DNA of 40,097 nucleotides, from assembly GCA_044222475.1 (NCBI GenBank), contig JBGANF010000073.1, forward strand, positions 1 through 40,097, written 5' to 3'. Both the position numbers and the translations under genes were made by a program. Source of the DNA: Polyangiaceae bacterium. Its GTDB lineage: Bacteria > Myxococcota_A > Polyangia > Polyangiales > Polyangiaceae. Of this stretch, positions 1-8,672 are shown piece by piece (positions within the stretch are counted from its first letter, which is position 1; each line of letters begins with the position of its first letter). Under the pieces are notes generated by a model that searched no databases, was not told where the DNA came from, and saw nothing but the letters and a program-made list of their open reading frames with translations.

Positions 1-23
1 ACGTCGGGCCCTTTGACAACGGG

Positions 24-96
24 AGCCCGCGCTCCGCGCGGGCTTTGGTTGGGTACGGCAGCGAGCCCGTTGCTGCCCCGGACTTCAGTCCGGGGC
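24..96. repeat. Pair of REP-like GC-rich hairpins
   Basis: AGCCCGCGC-tcc-GCGCGGGCT (24-44) and GCCCCGGAC-ttca-GTCCGGGGC (75-96) are perfect 9-bp stems, downstream of the gspI-like stop. Confidence 0.6.
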
Positions 97-121
97 GCTC
101 GGCCGATTCCGCGGCGGAAGC

Positions 122-907
122 TCATCGCGGCACCCCTCCGGCCCCGACGCCGCCGCCACCACCGAACGGAATGATCGGTGTCGCGCCCGCTGGTGCCGGT
201 GCGAGCGTCGACCCCGGGGCCGGCGCTCCGCTCGCATTGGGGCTCGCTCCCATGAACCCGCCGCGCTGCGGGTTGGTGACGAACTGGACGATCGTGAACT
301 CCTGCGGCTTCGGGCCTTCGCTCCAGTGCACGGTGACCGTCACGCGCCGGATCGAAGCCTCCATCATTGGCTTCATCGACGGGTAGACCATGCCCATCAC
401 CATGTTCACGAGCCCCGCCCCGCCCTGCCCGCCGGTCTGCTGCTGAACTTGGTTGCCCAGGCTCGAGAGCCCGGCGTCGAGATCGAGGTTGCCGCCCGGC
501 GGACCACCGTCGGCGCCGCCGGCGAGGCTGAGCAGCCCAGGAGGAAGACCCCCACCGCCACCGTCCCCGTCGAGCCCGGCTCCGCCCGAGGGCGGGTTCG
601 GAAGGACGACCTTCTCGACCTTGGTGTCGCAGGTGAACGTCGTCCCTTCTTGGGAGTCGCAGCAAGGCGTCCCGGTGTCGACGTCGTCGATCTCGGGGTA
701 GCCTTTCTTGAGGAGCTTTTCCTCCGCCTCGGTCATGCGGCAGCGAGCGAGGTTCGTCGCCTGGCCCATGTTCGCGGCCTTCTTGTTGCTCGCCGCGAGG
801 CCGGCCTGCGCCGCCAGGATCCCCGAGATCATGAGCCCGAAGATCGCGAGGGCGACCATGACCTCGAGGAGAGAGAAGCCGCGGCTCTTCGAGTGCGCGG
901 GCGCCAT
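122..907 (-). CDS. gspI: Type II secretion minor pseudopilin, GspI-like
   Basis: ATG at 907 overlaps the gspH stop (TGATG). Prepilin motif SRG|FSLLEVMVALAIFG and C-terminal IRRVTVTVHW. It is the C-terminal part of the 574-aa ORF call. Confidence 0.8.
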   Translation of the reverse strand: MAPAHSKSRGFSLLEVMVALAIFGLMISGILAAQAGLAASNKKAANMGQATNLARCRMTEAEEKLLKKGYPEIDDVDTGTPCCDSQEGTTFTCDTKVEKVVLPNPPSGGAGLDGDGGGGGLPPGLLSLAGGADGGPPGGNLDLDAGLSSLGNQVQQQTGGQGGAGLVNMVMGMVYPSMKPMMEASIRRVTVTVHWSEGPKPQEFTIVQFVTNPQRGGFMGASPNASGAPAPGSTLAPAPAGATPIIPFGGGGGVGAGGVPR

Positions 908-1620
908 CAGAAGGCCCCCTGGTCTTCGCGCTCGGAGAAGTCCTTGTCCTCGGGCTTGGGAAGCGACACGGCGCCGCTCTTCACCGTGCCCGTCCCGGTC
1001 AGCGGCGCGATCATGACGGTGAGCGCGTCGCCGTCGTCGGTCGAGGTGCCCTTGCGGAGGACGATGCTCGCTCGCTCGGTCAGGCCGCCGGGCCAGAAGT
1101 AGAGGTACGCACGGCCGCTCGTCTTCGGCTCGTCGTCGTGGGTCGTCTGTACCGAGCGGAACTGGACCCCCGAAGGCAGGCCGCGCATCACGTCCTTGGT
1201 TTCCTCGTCCTTCGCCACCAGGCCGAAGTCGACGCGCCGGAACGTCGCCTTGGGCGCGGTCGGTCCCTTGATGATGCGATCGCTCTCGTCGATCGCGCGC
1301 TTCTTCTCCGCCTCGGTCACCGCCTCGGCGCCGCCGGTGCCGGCGGCGTCCTTGCTCTGCACGAGCATCGGAGCGGTGGCCTCCTCGAGCCAGAACGACT
1401 TCTCGTCGAAGTCGAACACGATGCGCTCGGCGCGCGACATGACCGACGCACGCGTGAACGCGACGCGCACCGCGGCGGTGATGCTCGTCGCCGAGCGGCG
1501 CAGCTTCGCGCTCCCGAGCTGACCGGAGCCGATGAGCACGCCGGACACGAGCAGCGTCACGATCGCCATGACCACGAGGATCTCGACGAGGGTGACTCCG
1601 CGCGCGGTACGGCGATTCAT
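907..1620 (-). CDS. gspH: Type II secretion minor pseudopilin, GspH-like
   Basis: Prepilin motif ARG|VTLVEILVVMAIV and a YFWPGG motif; lies between gspG and gspI. Confidence 0.8.
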   Translation of the reverse strand: MNRRTARGVTLVEILVVMAIVTLLVSGVLIGSGQLGSAKLRRSATSITAAVRVAFTRASVMSRAERIVFDFDEKSFWLEEATAPMLVQSKDAAGTGGAEAVTEAEKKRAIDESDRIIKGPTAPKATFRRVDFGLVAKDEETKDVMRGLPSGVQFRSVQTTHDDEPKTSGRAYLYFWPGGLTERASIVLRKGTSTDDGDALTVMIAPLTGTGTVKSGAVSLPKPEDKDFSEREDQGAF

Positions 1621-1629
1621 CGCGTGCTC

Positions 1630-2061
1630 TTACTTTCCGCCGCCGCCGGTGTCGGGGAAGCGAATGTCGTCTTGCGAGCCTTCCTTCTTGTCGGGGCCCG
1701 AGGACACGATCGTGGTCGACTCGTCGTCGCACTGAATCTTGTACGGCATGCCCCACGCGTCGTTGATCTCGCTCGAAGCCGAGAGTTCCTTCTCGTCCTT
1801 CAGGCGCTGCGCCGTCGGGCAGTCGTTGCCGTGGTTCGTGCGCCACGACTCGGCGACGGCGTGGAGCGCCTTCGCCGAGTTGCGCGTGTTGTCGACCTGC
1901 GCTTTCTGGAACTTCGGCACCGCGTAGACCGCGATTCCGCCGGCGATGAGCCCGACGATCGCAAGCACGATCAGGATTTCGACGAGCGTGACGCCGCGAG
2001 AACCGCGGCGGCGGCGTGCTCGGAGCAGAAGAGTCAGCGTACGAACTTGGTCTTTCATCAT
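1630..2061 (-). CDS. gspG: Type II secretion major pseudopilin GspG
   Basis: SRG|VTLVEILIVLAIVGLIAG, DAWG-PY and SSGPDKKEGSQDDI (Ca-binding tail). GAGG Shine-Dalgarno precedes ATG 2061/2058. Confidence 0.85.
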   Translation of the reverse strand: MMKDQVRTLTLLLRARRRRGSRGVTLVEILIVLAIVGLIAGGIAVYAVPKFQKAQVDNTRNSAKALHAVAESWRTNHGNDCPTAQRLKDEKELSASSEINDAWGMPYKIQCDDESTTIVSSGPDKKEGSQDDIRFPDTGGGGK

Positions 2062-2089
2062 CGTCCTCGCGAATGCAGCGTTCCGGTTC

Positions 2090-2506
2090 TCACTCCACAC
2101 GATCCAATCCTCCGGCGATCCCGTCGGGCCCATCACTCGAGACGTCGAAGCCCGCGCGATCCTTCCGCCCGGGGCAGGTGACGCGGAGCGGCCTTCCCCA
2201 CGCGTCCATCGGGACGTCGTGGAGGAAGCCCTCGCTCACGAGCGTCTCCATGCTGCGCGGACACCCGCCGGCGTGAGCAGCGCGGTACGCGTAGAGCCCC
2301 TTCCCCGCCACGTTGATCGCGGCGCGCGTCGCCCGCACCGACGCGGCGTGCTCTTCGCGATGGCGCACCCACAGCGCGAACGCGAGCCCGGCGGCTCCGA
2401 GCACGAAGAAGCGCAGCCGCGTCCGCGAGACCGCGCCGAGGATGCCCGCTCTCCGATCCCACGGGAGGAGGATGCGCTTCTGGTTTGCGTCGCTCTTCTT
2501 CGCCAT
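2090..2506 (-). CDS. GspG-domain protein without a prepilin cleavage site
   Basis: N-terminal TM helix, then GspG-type C-terminus (DAWGRP...SSDGPDGIAGGLD). No G|xxxxE motif. Start overlaps the gspF stop. Confidence 0.7.
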   Translation of the reverse strand: MAKKSDANQKRILLPWDRRAGILGAVSRTRLRFFVLGAAGLAFALWVRHREEHAASVRATRAAINVAGKGLYAYRAAHAGGCPRSMETLVSEGFLHDVPMDAWGRPLRVTCPGRKDRAGFDVSSDGPDGIAGGLDRVE

Positions 2507-3924
2507 CAGAAATCGCTCATCTGGATGAGGGGCATGAGGATCGAGAACGCGATGAAGCCGACGGCGCCGCCGAGGAACACGATGATGAGCGGCTCCATGA
2601 GGCTCGTCAGCGCTTGGACGCGGGTGTCGACTTGGGTGTCGTACGCCTTGGCCACGTTCTCGAGCATCGTCTCGAGCTGGCCGCTCTTCTCGCCGACTGC
2701 GATCATGTGGGTCACGATCGGAGGGAAGTCACCGCTTCTCTTCAGCGGCGCGGCGATCGACTCGCCCTCGCGGATCGAGCTCGTCGCCGTCTCGATGACC
2801 TTCTCTAGCTTGGCGTTGTCGAGGACGTTCTTGACGATGTCCATCGCCTTGAGGAGCGGCACGCCGCTCGACAGTAGCGTCGCCAGGGTGCGCGAGAAGC
2901 GCGAGACGGCGAGCATTCGAGCGAGGTTGCCCAGCAGAGGCGCCTTGAGGAGGAGCGTGTCGCGCCAGAGGCGCCCCGCCGGCGTCGCGAGGAACGCGAC
3001 GAACCTCGCCAGCGCGAAGCCGGCGATCGCGCCGAGCGCCATGCCGATGACGTACGCGACGATGGAGGTCACGGCGAAGAACCCGAGCAGCATGACCACG
3101 CCGAGGAACGTCGAGAGCACGACCCACAGGAGGTTCGAGTCGCGCGAGCCGTCCTTCGCGTTCTCCGAAGGAGCCATCGCCATCGCCTTGCGGATCGTGC
3201 CGAAGATCGCGACGGTCAGCGCGAAGCCGGCGGTGTAGTTCGAGCTCACGACGTCGGAGATGAAGATGAGCACCGACGTGTACCAAGGCAGCGCCTTGTC
3301 GAGGCTCGCGAAGATGCTCGTCACCTTGGGGACGACGGCGATCATCATGACGCTGATGAGGCCGGTCCCGATGATGATCATGAGGATCGGGTACGCGAGC
3401 GCCGCGGAGACCTTGCTGCGGAGCTTCGCCTGGTTCTCCATGAAGTCGCTGAGGCGATCGAGCACCTTCTCGAGCGTGCCCGACGCTTCGCCGGCGGCGA
3501 CCATGTTCACGTAGAGGTTGGGGAACACCTTCGGGTGTTGCTCGAGCGCCTTCGCGAAGGCCTGGCCCTCGTTCACGCGATCGCGGACCTGGGTGAGGAT
3601 GCGCTGGAGCTCGGGGATCTCGACCTGATCGATCAACGCGGTGATCGACTCGACGAGCGGGATCCCCGCCGAGACGAGCGTCGCGAGCTGCCGCGTCATC
3701 ATCGCGACGTCTCCGACGCCGACGCGGTTGAAGATCGCACCGAGGTCGATGCCGCGGCGACCGGCGCCGGCCTTCTGCCCCTTCTTGTCCTCGCTCGCGC
3801 TGGTGAGCATCACGCCCTCGCGCTTGAGCGCGGAGCGAAGGGCTTTCTGGTTGTCGGCGTCGCGGAAGCCGTGAACGGACTTCCCGGTCCCGATGCTCAG
3901 CCCGCGGTACTCGAAAACGGCCAT
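2506..3924 (-). CDS. gspF: Type II secretion inner-membrane platform protein GspF
   Basis: MAVFEY start, TRQLATLVSAGIPL, AGEASGTL, ALAYP and second repeat RTLATLLSSGVP...GEKSGQL...MEP. Confidence 0.95.
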   Translation of the reverse strand: MAVFEYRGLSIGTGKSVHGFRDADNQKALRSALKREGVMLTSASEDKKGQKAGAGRRGIDLGAIFNRVGVGDVAMMTRQLATLVSAGIPLVESITALIDQVEIPELQRILTQVRDRVNEGQAFAKALEQHPKVFPNLYVNMVAAGEASGTLEKVLDRLSDFMENQAKLRSKVSAALAYPILMIIIGTGLISVMMIAVVPKVTSIFASLDKALPWYTSVLIFISDVVSSNYTAGFALTVAIFGTIRKAMAMAPSENAKDGSRDSNLLWVVLSTFLGVVMLLGFFAVTSIVAYVIGMALGAIAGFALARFVAFLATPAGRLWRDTLLLKAPLLGNLARMLAVSRFSRTLATLLSSGVPLLKAMDIVKNVLDNAKLEKVIETATSSIREGESIAAPLKRSGDFPPIVTHMIAVGEKSGQLETMLENVAKAYDTQVDTRVQALTSLMEPLIIVFLGGAVGFIAFSILMPLIQMSDF

Positions 3925-3925
3925 C

Positions 3926-5791
3926 TCACTCCGCTCCTCGCGAGGTGGTGGGCACGCCCGACTGAGACGCCGCGCGCATGCTGCCCGACGCCGGGCCCGA
4001 CAGGACGACCGGCTCCACGTCCTCTTGCGTCGCCGCGAGGACCTCTTCGACGGTGGTCATGCCGGCGAGCACCTTGCGGGCGCCGTCGTCGCGCAGGCTG
4101 TCCATGCCCTGCTCGACAGCGGCGCGCTTGATGGCCTGCGCGTCGGCGCTCTTGAGCACGAGCGGCCCGATCGCCTCGTCCATGAGCATGAGCTCGTAGA
4201 TGCCGCGGCGACCGGTGAAGCCGGTGTTTCCGCAGCGTTCGCACCCGCGCGGGCGGAAGAACATCGGGCGGACGCCGGGATCGAGGTCGAGCGAGTCGCG
4301 CTCGGTGACGCTGCGCGGGAAGTACCGGCTCTCGGCGCGGAGGGTTCGGCGCCGGCGAAGCGCGATGCGCTCCTCGGTGAGCCCGAGCTCCTCGAGCTCG
4401 GAGTCCTCGGCGGGGTACGCCTCCTTGCAGTTCGGGCAGAGGACGCGCACGAGGCGCTGAGCGAGGAGACCGATGACGCTCGAGCGGATGAGGAACGGCT
4501 CGATGCCCATGTCGGTGAGACGCGTCACGGCGCCCGCGGCGTCGTTGGTGTGGATCGTCGAGAGCACGAGGTGACCGGTGAGCGACGCGTTGATCGCGAT
4601 CTCGGCGGTCTCCTTGTCGCGGATTTCGCCGACCATGACGACGTCCGGATCTTGACGGAGGAACGAGCGGAGCGCGCTGGCGAACGTGAGGCCGATCTTG
4701 GGCTGGACGTGCACCTGGTGGATGCCCGCGATCTCGTACTCGACCGGATCCTCGGCGGTGAGGATGTTGATGTTCGGTTTGTTGATCCGGTTGATGCTCG
4801 CGTAGAGCGTCGTCGTCTTGCCGGAGCCGGTGGGCCCGGTCACGAGGATGATCCCGTCGGGGCGGCGGATCAGCGTGTCCATCAGCGCGTAGTCGCGTGG
4901 CGAGAAGCCGAGGTCGGGCAAGTCGAGGAGGACGCTCGACTTGTTGAGGAGACGCATCACGATGCGCTCGTAGCCGCGGCTCGTGGGGATCGTGGAGACG
5001 CGGATGTCGAAGCCCTTGCCGGCGATCTTCTTGGTGATGCGACCGTCTTGCGGGAGCCGCTTCTCGGCGATGTTGAGCTGGCTCTCGATCTTGATGCGGC
5101 TCACGATCGAGTTCATGAAGTTTCGCGGCGCGCGGCGCGCGACGTAGAGCTCGCCGTCGATGCGGTACCGGACGATGACCTCCTTCTCCTCGGGCTCGAT
5201 GTGAATGTCGCTCGCGCGCTCCTTCATCGCCTGGAGGAAGAGCGAGTTCACCCACCGGATGACCGGCGCTTCGTCGTCGGAGTCGAGGATGTCGGACCCG
5301 GCGCCGTCGTCCTGGACGGCGTCGACCGCTTCGTTCTCGAGCTCGCCGCCGCCCGCTTCGCGCTCGTAGACGCGGTTGATCGCGTCGATCACCTTGTCGC
5401 TGGCGACGACGACCGGCTCGATCGGCTTGCCGAAGAGGATCCGAAGATCGTCGAGCGCGCTCGTGTCGAACGGGTCGGCGACGTAGACGTGGACCTCGCG
5501 ATCGCCCTCGGCGTACGGGAGCACGCGGCGGCTCTTCGCGAACTGGATCGGAACGCGCGTCGCGAGGGCGGTCGGGATCCGCTCGACGTCGAGCGTCTCG
5601 ACGAACGCGATCTGCGACTCGTCGGCGACGGCCCGGGCGATCGCGTTCCCGTCGAGGATCTGCCCGTTGACGAGCAGGTCGGCGAGGTCGACCCCGCGCT
5701 CGCGCTGGATCGCGTAGAGCGGTTCGAGGCGCTCGGGCGCGACGAGGCCGCGCCGTACGAGGATGTCGCCGAGGAACCGCTCTTCGCGCAT
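3926..5791 (-). CDS. gspE: Type II secretion ATPase GspE
   Basis: ASDIHIEP, EKRLPQDG, Walker A GPTGSGKTT, EDPVEY, LRQDPD/GEIRD, TGHLVLSTIH and the CPNC...CERC zinc motif. Confidence 0.97.
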   Translation of the reverse strand: MREERFLGDILVRRGLVAPERLEPLYAIQRERGVDLADLLVNGQILDGNAIARAVADESQIAFVETLDVERIPTALATRVPIQFAKSRRVLPYAEGDREVHVYVADPFDTSALDDLRILFGKPIEPVVVASDKVIDAINRVYEREAGGGELENEAVDAVQDDGAGSDILDSDDEAPVIRWVNSLFLQAMKERASDIHIEPEEKEVIVRYRIDGELYVARRAPRNFMNSIVSRIKIESQLNIAEKRLPQDGRITKKIAGKGFDIRVSTIPTSRGYERIVMRLLNKSSVLLDLPDLGFSPRDYALMDTLIRRPDGIILVTGPTGSGKTTTLYASINRINKPNINILTAEDPVEYEIAGIHQVHVQPKIGLTFASALRSFLRQDPDVVMVGEIRDKETAEIAINASLTGHLVLSTIHTNDAAGAVTRLTDMGIEPFLIRSSVIGLLAQRLVRVLCPNCKEAYPAEDSELEELGLTEERIALRRRRTLRAESRYFPRSVTERDSLDLDPGVRPMFFRPRGCERCGNTGFTGRRGIYELMLMDEAIGPLVLKSADAQAIKRAAVEQGMDSLRDDGARKVLAGMTTVEEVLAATQEDVEPVVLSGPASGSMRAASQSGVPTTSRGAE

Positions 5792-5793
5792 CG

Positions 5794-8379
5794 TTACTTC
5801 TCGACTCTATCCACTTGGCGCACCGCCGGTGCGACGTTGACGTTCGGCGGCGGGGCCGGAGTGGCTCCGGCGCCTCCTGGCGGCGGGGAGGCGATCGTAC
5901 CGCCGGCCCCGCCCGGTCGCACGGGGAGATCGAGCGGCTCGCCCGGGGTGTGGGTCTTGATCTCCCGCGGGCGCATGATCTCGTCGAGGCGCTCTCTCTC
6001 GTCGCTCAAGCGGTAGACCTCGCGGAGCTCCTCGAGGAGCCCGTTGGTGCGCGAGTAGTCCTTGGGCGGTTGGTAGTCGTGGTCGTCGGAGAACACGAAG
6101 TAGCGATCGAGGAAGTCCTGCCGCTCCTGCATCTTGCGCTCGAAGATCACGCGGAGATCGTTCTGCTCGCGGATGATGTACGGCGTGAGGATCAGGATCA
6201 GGTTCGTCTTCTGCATCGTGTTCGTGCTCTTGCGGAAGAGCGCGCCGAGCACGGGGATGTCGCCGAGGACCGGGATCTTCTGCTCGGAGTGGCTGATGCG
6301 GTTGCGCATGAGCCCGCCGATGACGACGGTCTGCTGATCCTGCACGACGAGCTTGGTCGTCGCGTTGCGCTGGATGATCGGGACGACGCCGAGCGTGCCT
6401 TGAGGCGTGCCGGCTTCGCTGATCGTCTCGATGAGATCGAGCCGGACCTCGTTCGAGGTGTTGAGGTGGGGCGTGATCTCGATCTTGGTGCCGACGTCTT
6501 GGCGCTGCGGCGAGACGCCGCCGAAGCTGAACGGGTTGAAGCCCGCGCCGGTCGAGCCGGTGCTCGGGAGCGACGGGATGTTCTGCTGGAGCGGCACGTT
6601 CTCGCCGACGGAGATGATGGCCTTCTCGTTGTCGGTCGCGAGGATGTGCGGCGTCGAGAGGACGTCGACGTCGCCGGTGGTCGACAGCGCGCTCACGACG
6701 ACGCCGAACGCCGGGATGTCGATGCCGGTGCCGAGCGCGGCGCCGGAGCCCGGGATGTTGGGACCGCGCAAGCCGAGGGCGAGCCCTTGGAGGTCCGCCG
6801 GGTTCGGCGGCAGCGCCGAGCTCAACGGGTTGAGACCGCCGTAGAGCAGGCTGTTGCCCGACCCGCCGAAGAGCGTGTCGGCGAGGCCGCCGTGGAAGCT
6901 CACGCCGAGCGTGTCGGTGCGGCTCACCGAGAGGTCCATGATGACGGCTTCGATGAAGACCTGCCGCCGCGCCTGATCGAGGCGATCGACGACCGCGCGC
7001 AGCGACGCATAGTCGCGGAGAGACGAGGTGATCACGATCGAGTTCGTCGCCTTGTCGGCCGAGACCTTGATGCCGCCCTCGAAGATCGGGGACGGTGCCG
7101 CCGCCTTGCCGGCGGCCGCGCCCGCTGCGCCGCCACCCGCGGCCGCCGCGCCGGAGACGATGTCGTTCAGCGTCTTCACGAGCTCGAGCGCATCGGCGTG
7201 TTGGAGCGGGAGGACGTGGATCTCTCCCTCGCCACCGGTCTGCGGGACGTCGATGCGCTTGATGAACTCGAGGATGCGCAGGTATGCGCGCTCGGTCGCG
7301 ACGATGATGACCGAGTTCGATCGGTCCTCCGACATGACCTTGGTGACGTGCGCGTCGCCGAGCGAGACGCCGCCGCCGCCGCCGGCCTTGTCGCCCGGCT
7401 TTCCGCCGCCGCCGCCGCCCTTGAGATCGAAGATCTCGTTGATGCGCGCCGCGACGTCGGACGCGGCCGCGTAGTGCAGGCCTTCGATCCACATCTGATC
7501 GCCGGACGAGCCGACGTCGATCTCCTCGATGATCTGCATCATGCGGCGGAGGTTCGCCCCGGTGTCCGTGAGGATCAGGAGGTTGCCGCCAGCGTGGACC
7601 GTGATGTCGCCGTCCTTCGACTTGAAGTGACCGAGGATGTTCGCGACCTCTTCGGCCGACGCGTGCTGGAGTCGCAGCATGCGCGTGACGAAGCGATCCT
7701 CGTTCGGAGCGGCTTGGCCGCTGCCGTAGGTCGGCGTGTCCTGCGAGGCGATGCCGCCGGTCTCGACGATCTTGAGGAAGCGGCCGTGCGGCACGACGGT
7801 GAGCCCGTTCGTCTCGAGGATCGACAGAAACGCTTGGTACGCCTCGGCGACGGTCACCTTCTGCGGCGAGTAGATGCTCGCCTTGATGTTGCGGACCTTG
7901 CCGCCGAAGATGAAGCGCTTGCCGGTGAGCTGACCGATGACGCGCACGAGCTCGTTCAGGTCGGCGTCTTCGAGCGAGAACGACACCTTGTAGTTCGGGG
8001 CGCGCGGCTCGAACTCGACGCCGCTCTCGAACTGCGGGAGCGAGCTCGTGTCCGCTTGGGTCTTGCCACCGGCGGTCGCGCCGGTGCCGCCAGCGGCGCC
8101 GGGAGCGGGCGTGGTGCCGGTGCCGCCACGCGGCGCGGCGCCGCCGGTCGCACCACCGGGGTTCGCCGGCGGTGCGGTCGTGGTTCCGCCGGCGCCTGCG
8201 GTGCCGGTCGCGGGGGCTGCGCCGCCGGCGCCCGCCAGCGGGACGGCCGGTCGAAACGCTCCCGCGCCGGCGCCTTGCGCGCCCGCGTCGTGCGCGAACA
8301 CGGCGCACGCGGTGACGAGCGAGACGAGCGAGGCGATGTGGGCGCCCCGCCTTTGCAGAATCCTATGCATGTTCGTCAC
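5794..8379 (-). CDS. gspD: Type II secretion secretin GspD
   Basis: Signal peptide, N0/N1-N3 domains (ADKATNSIVI, QVFIEAVI) and secretin domain (DVGTKIEITPH, TVVIGGL, KIPVLGDIPVLGALF). Start is GTG 8379 or ATG 8370. Confidence 0.95.
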   Translation of the reverse strand: MTNMHRILQRRGAHIASLVSLVTACAVFAHDAGAQGAGAGAFRPAVPLAGAGGAAPATGTAGAGGTTTAPPANPGGATGGAAPRGGTGTTPAPGAAGGTGATAGGKTQADTSSLPQFESGVEFEPRAPNYKVSFSLEDADLNELVRVIGQLTGKRFIFGGKVRNIKASIYSPQKVTVAEAYQAFLSILETNGLTVVPHGRFLKIVETGGIASQDTPTYGSGQAAPNEDRFVTRMLRLQHASAEEVANILGHFKSKDGDITVHAGGNLLILTDTGANLRRMMQIIEEIDVGSSGDQMWIEGLHYAAASDVAARINEIFDLKGGGGGGKPGDKAGGGGGVSLGDAHVTKVMSEDRSNSVIIVATERAYLRILEFIKRIDVPQTGGEGEIHVLPLQHADALELVKTLNDIVSGAAAAGGGAAGAAAGKAAAPSPIFEGGIKVSADKATNSIVITSSLRDYASLRAVVDRLDQARRQVFIEAVIMDLSVSRTDTLGVSFHGGLADTLFGGSGNSLLYGGLNPLSSALPPNPADLQGLALGLRGPNIPGSGAALGTGIDIPAFGVVVSALSTTGDVDVLSTPHILATDNEKAIISVGENVPLQQNIPSLPSTGSTGAGFNPFSFGGVSPQRQDVGTKIEITPHLNTSNEVRLDLIETISEAGTPQGTLGVVPIIQRNATTKLVVQDQQTVVIGGLMRNRISHSEQKIPVLGDIPVLGALFRKSTNTMQKTNLILILTPYIIREQNDLRVIFERKMQERQDFLDRYFVFSDDHDYQPPKDYSRTNGLLEELREVYRLSDERERLDEIMRPREIKTHTPGEPLDLPVRPGGAGGTIASPPPGGAGATPAPPPNVNVAPAVRQVDRVEK

Positions 8380-8399
8380 TGACTCCCTCGGCTCCGACT

Positions 8400-8672
8400 T
8401 CAGATCTCGGGTTTCCCCGGGTTGTCCCCTTCTGGGACGTTCGTGTGTACTTTGGGCGGACGCGAATCGGTCGCGTGCGGTGTCCCTTCGTGCGTGCTCG
8501 TCGTCGCCGGGGTGGTCTTCTCCGCCGGCTTCGGCGTCGCGAGGGCGAGCGTGATCGCGATGCCGATGCTCCCGAGGAGCAGCGCGACCGCGGCGCTGTA
8601 CAAGATCGCGAGCCGCAGCCCACGGCGGAGGAGCTCGCGCAGCGTTTCGTTCTCGTTTTCGAAGGAGCTCAT
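8400..8672 (-). CDS. Small single-pass membrane protein inside the gsp operon
   Basis: ATGA overlap with the gspC stop. One hydrophobic helix and a Pro/Thr-rich tail. Confidence 0.6.
   Translation of the reverse strand: MSSFENENETLRELLRRGLRLAILYSAAVALLLGSIGIAITLALATPKPAEKTTPATTSTHEGTPHATDSRPPKVHTNVPEGDNPGKPEI

Noticed and set aside
908..1846. N-terminal half of the 574-aa ORF
   Set aside because: Off-frame overlap with gspG and gspH; the real gene starts at ATG 907 just before the prepilin motif.
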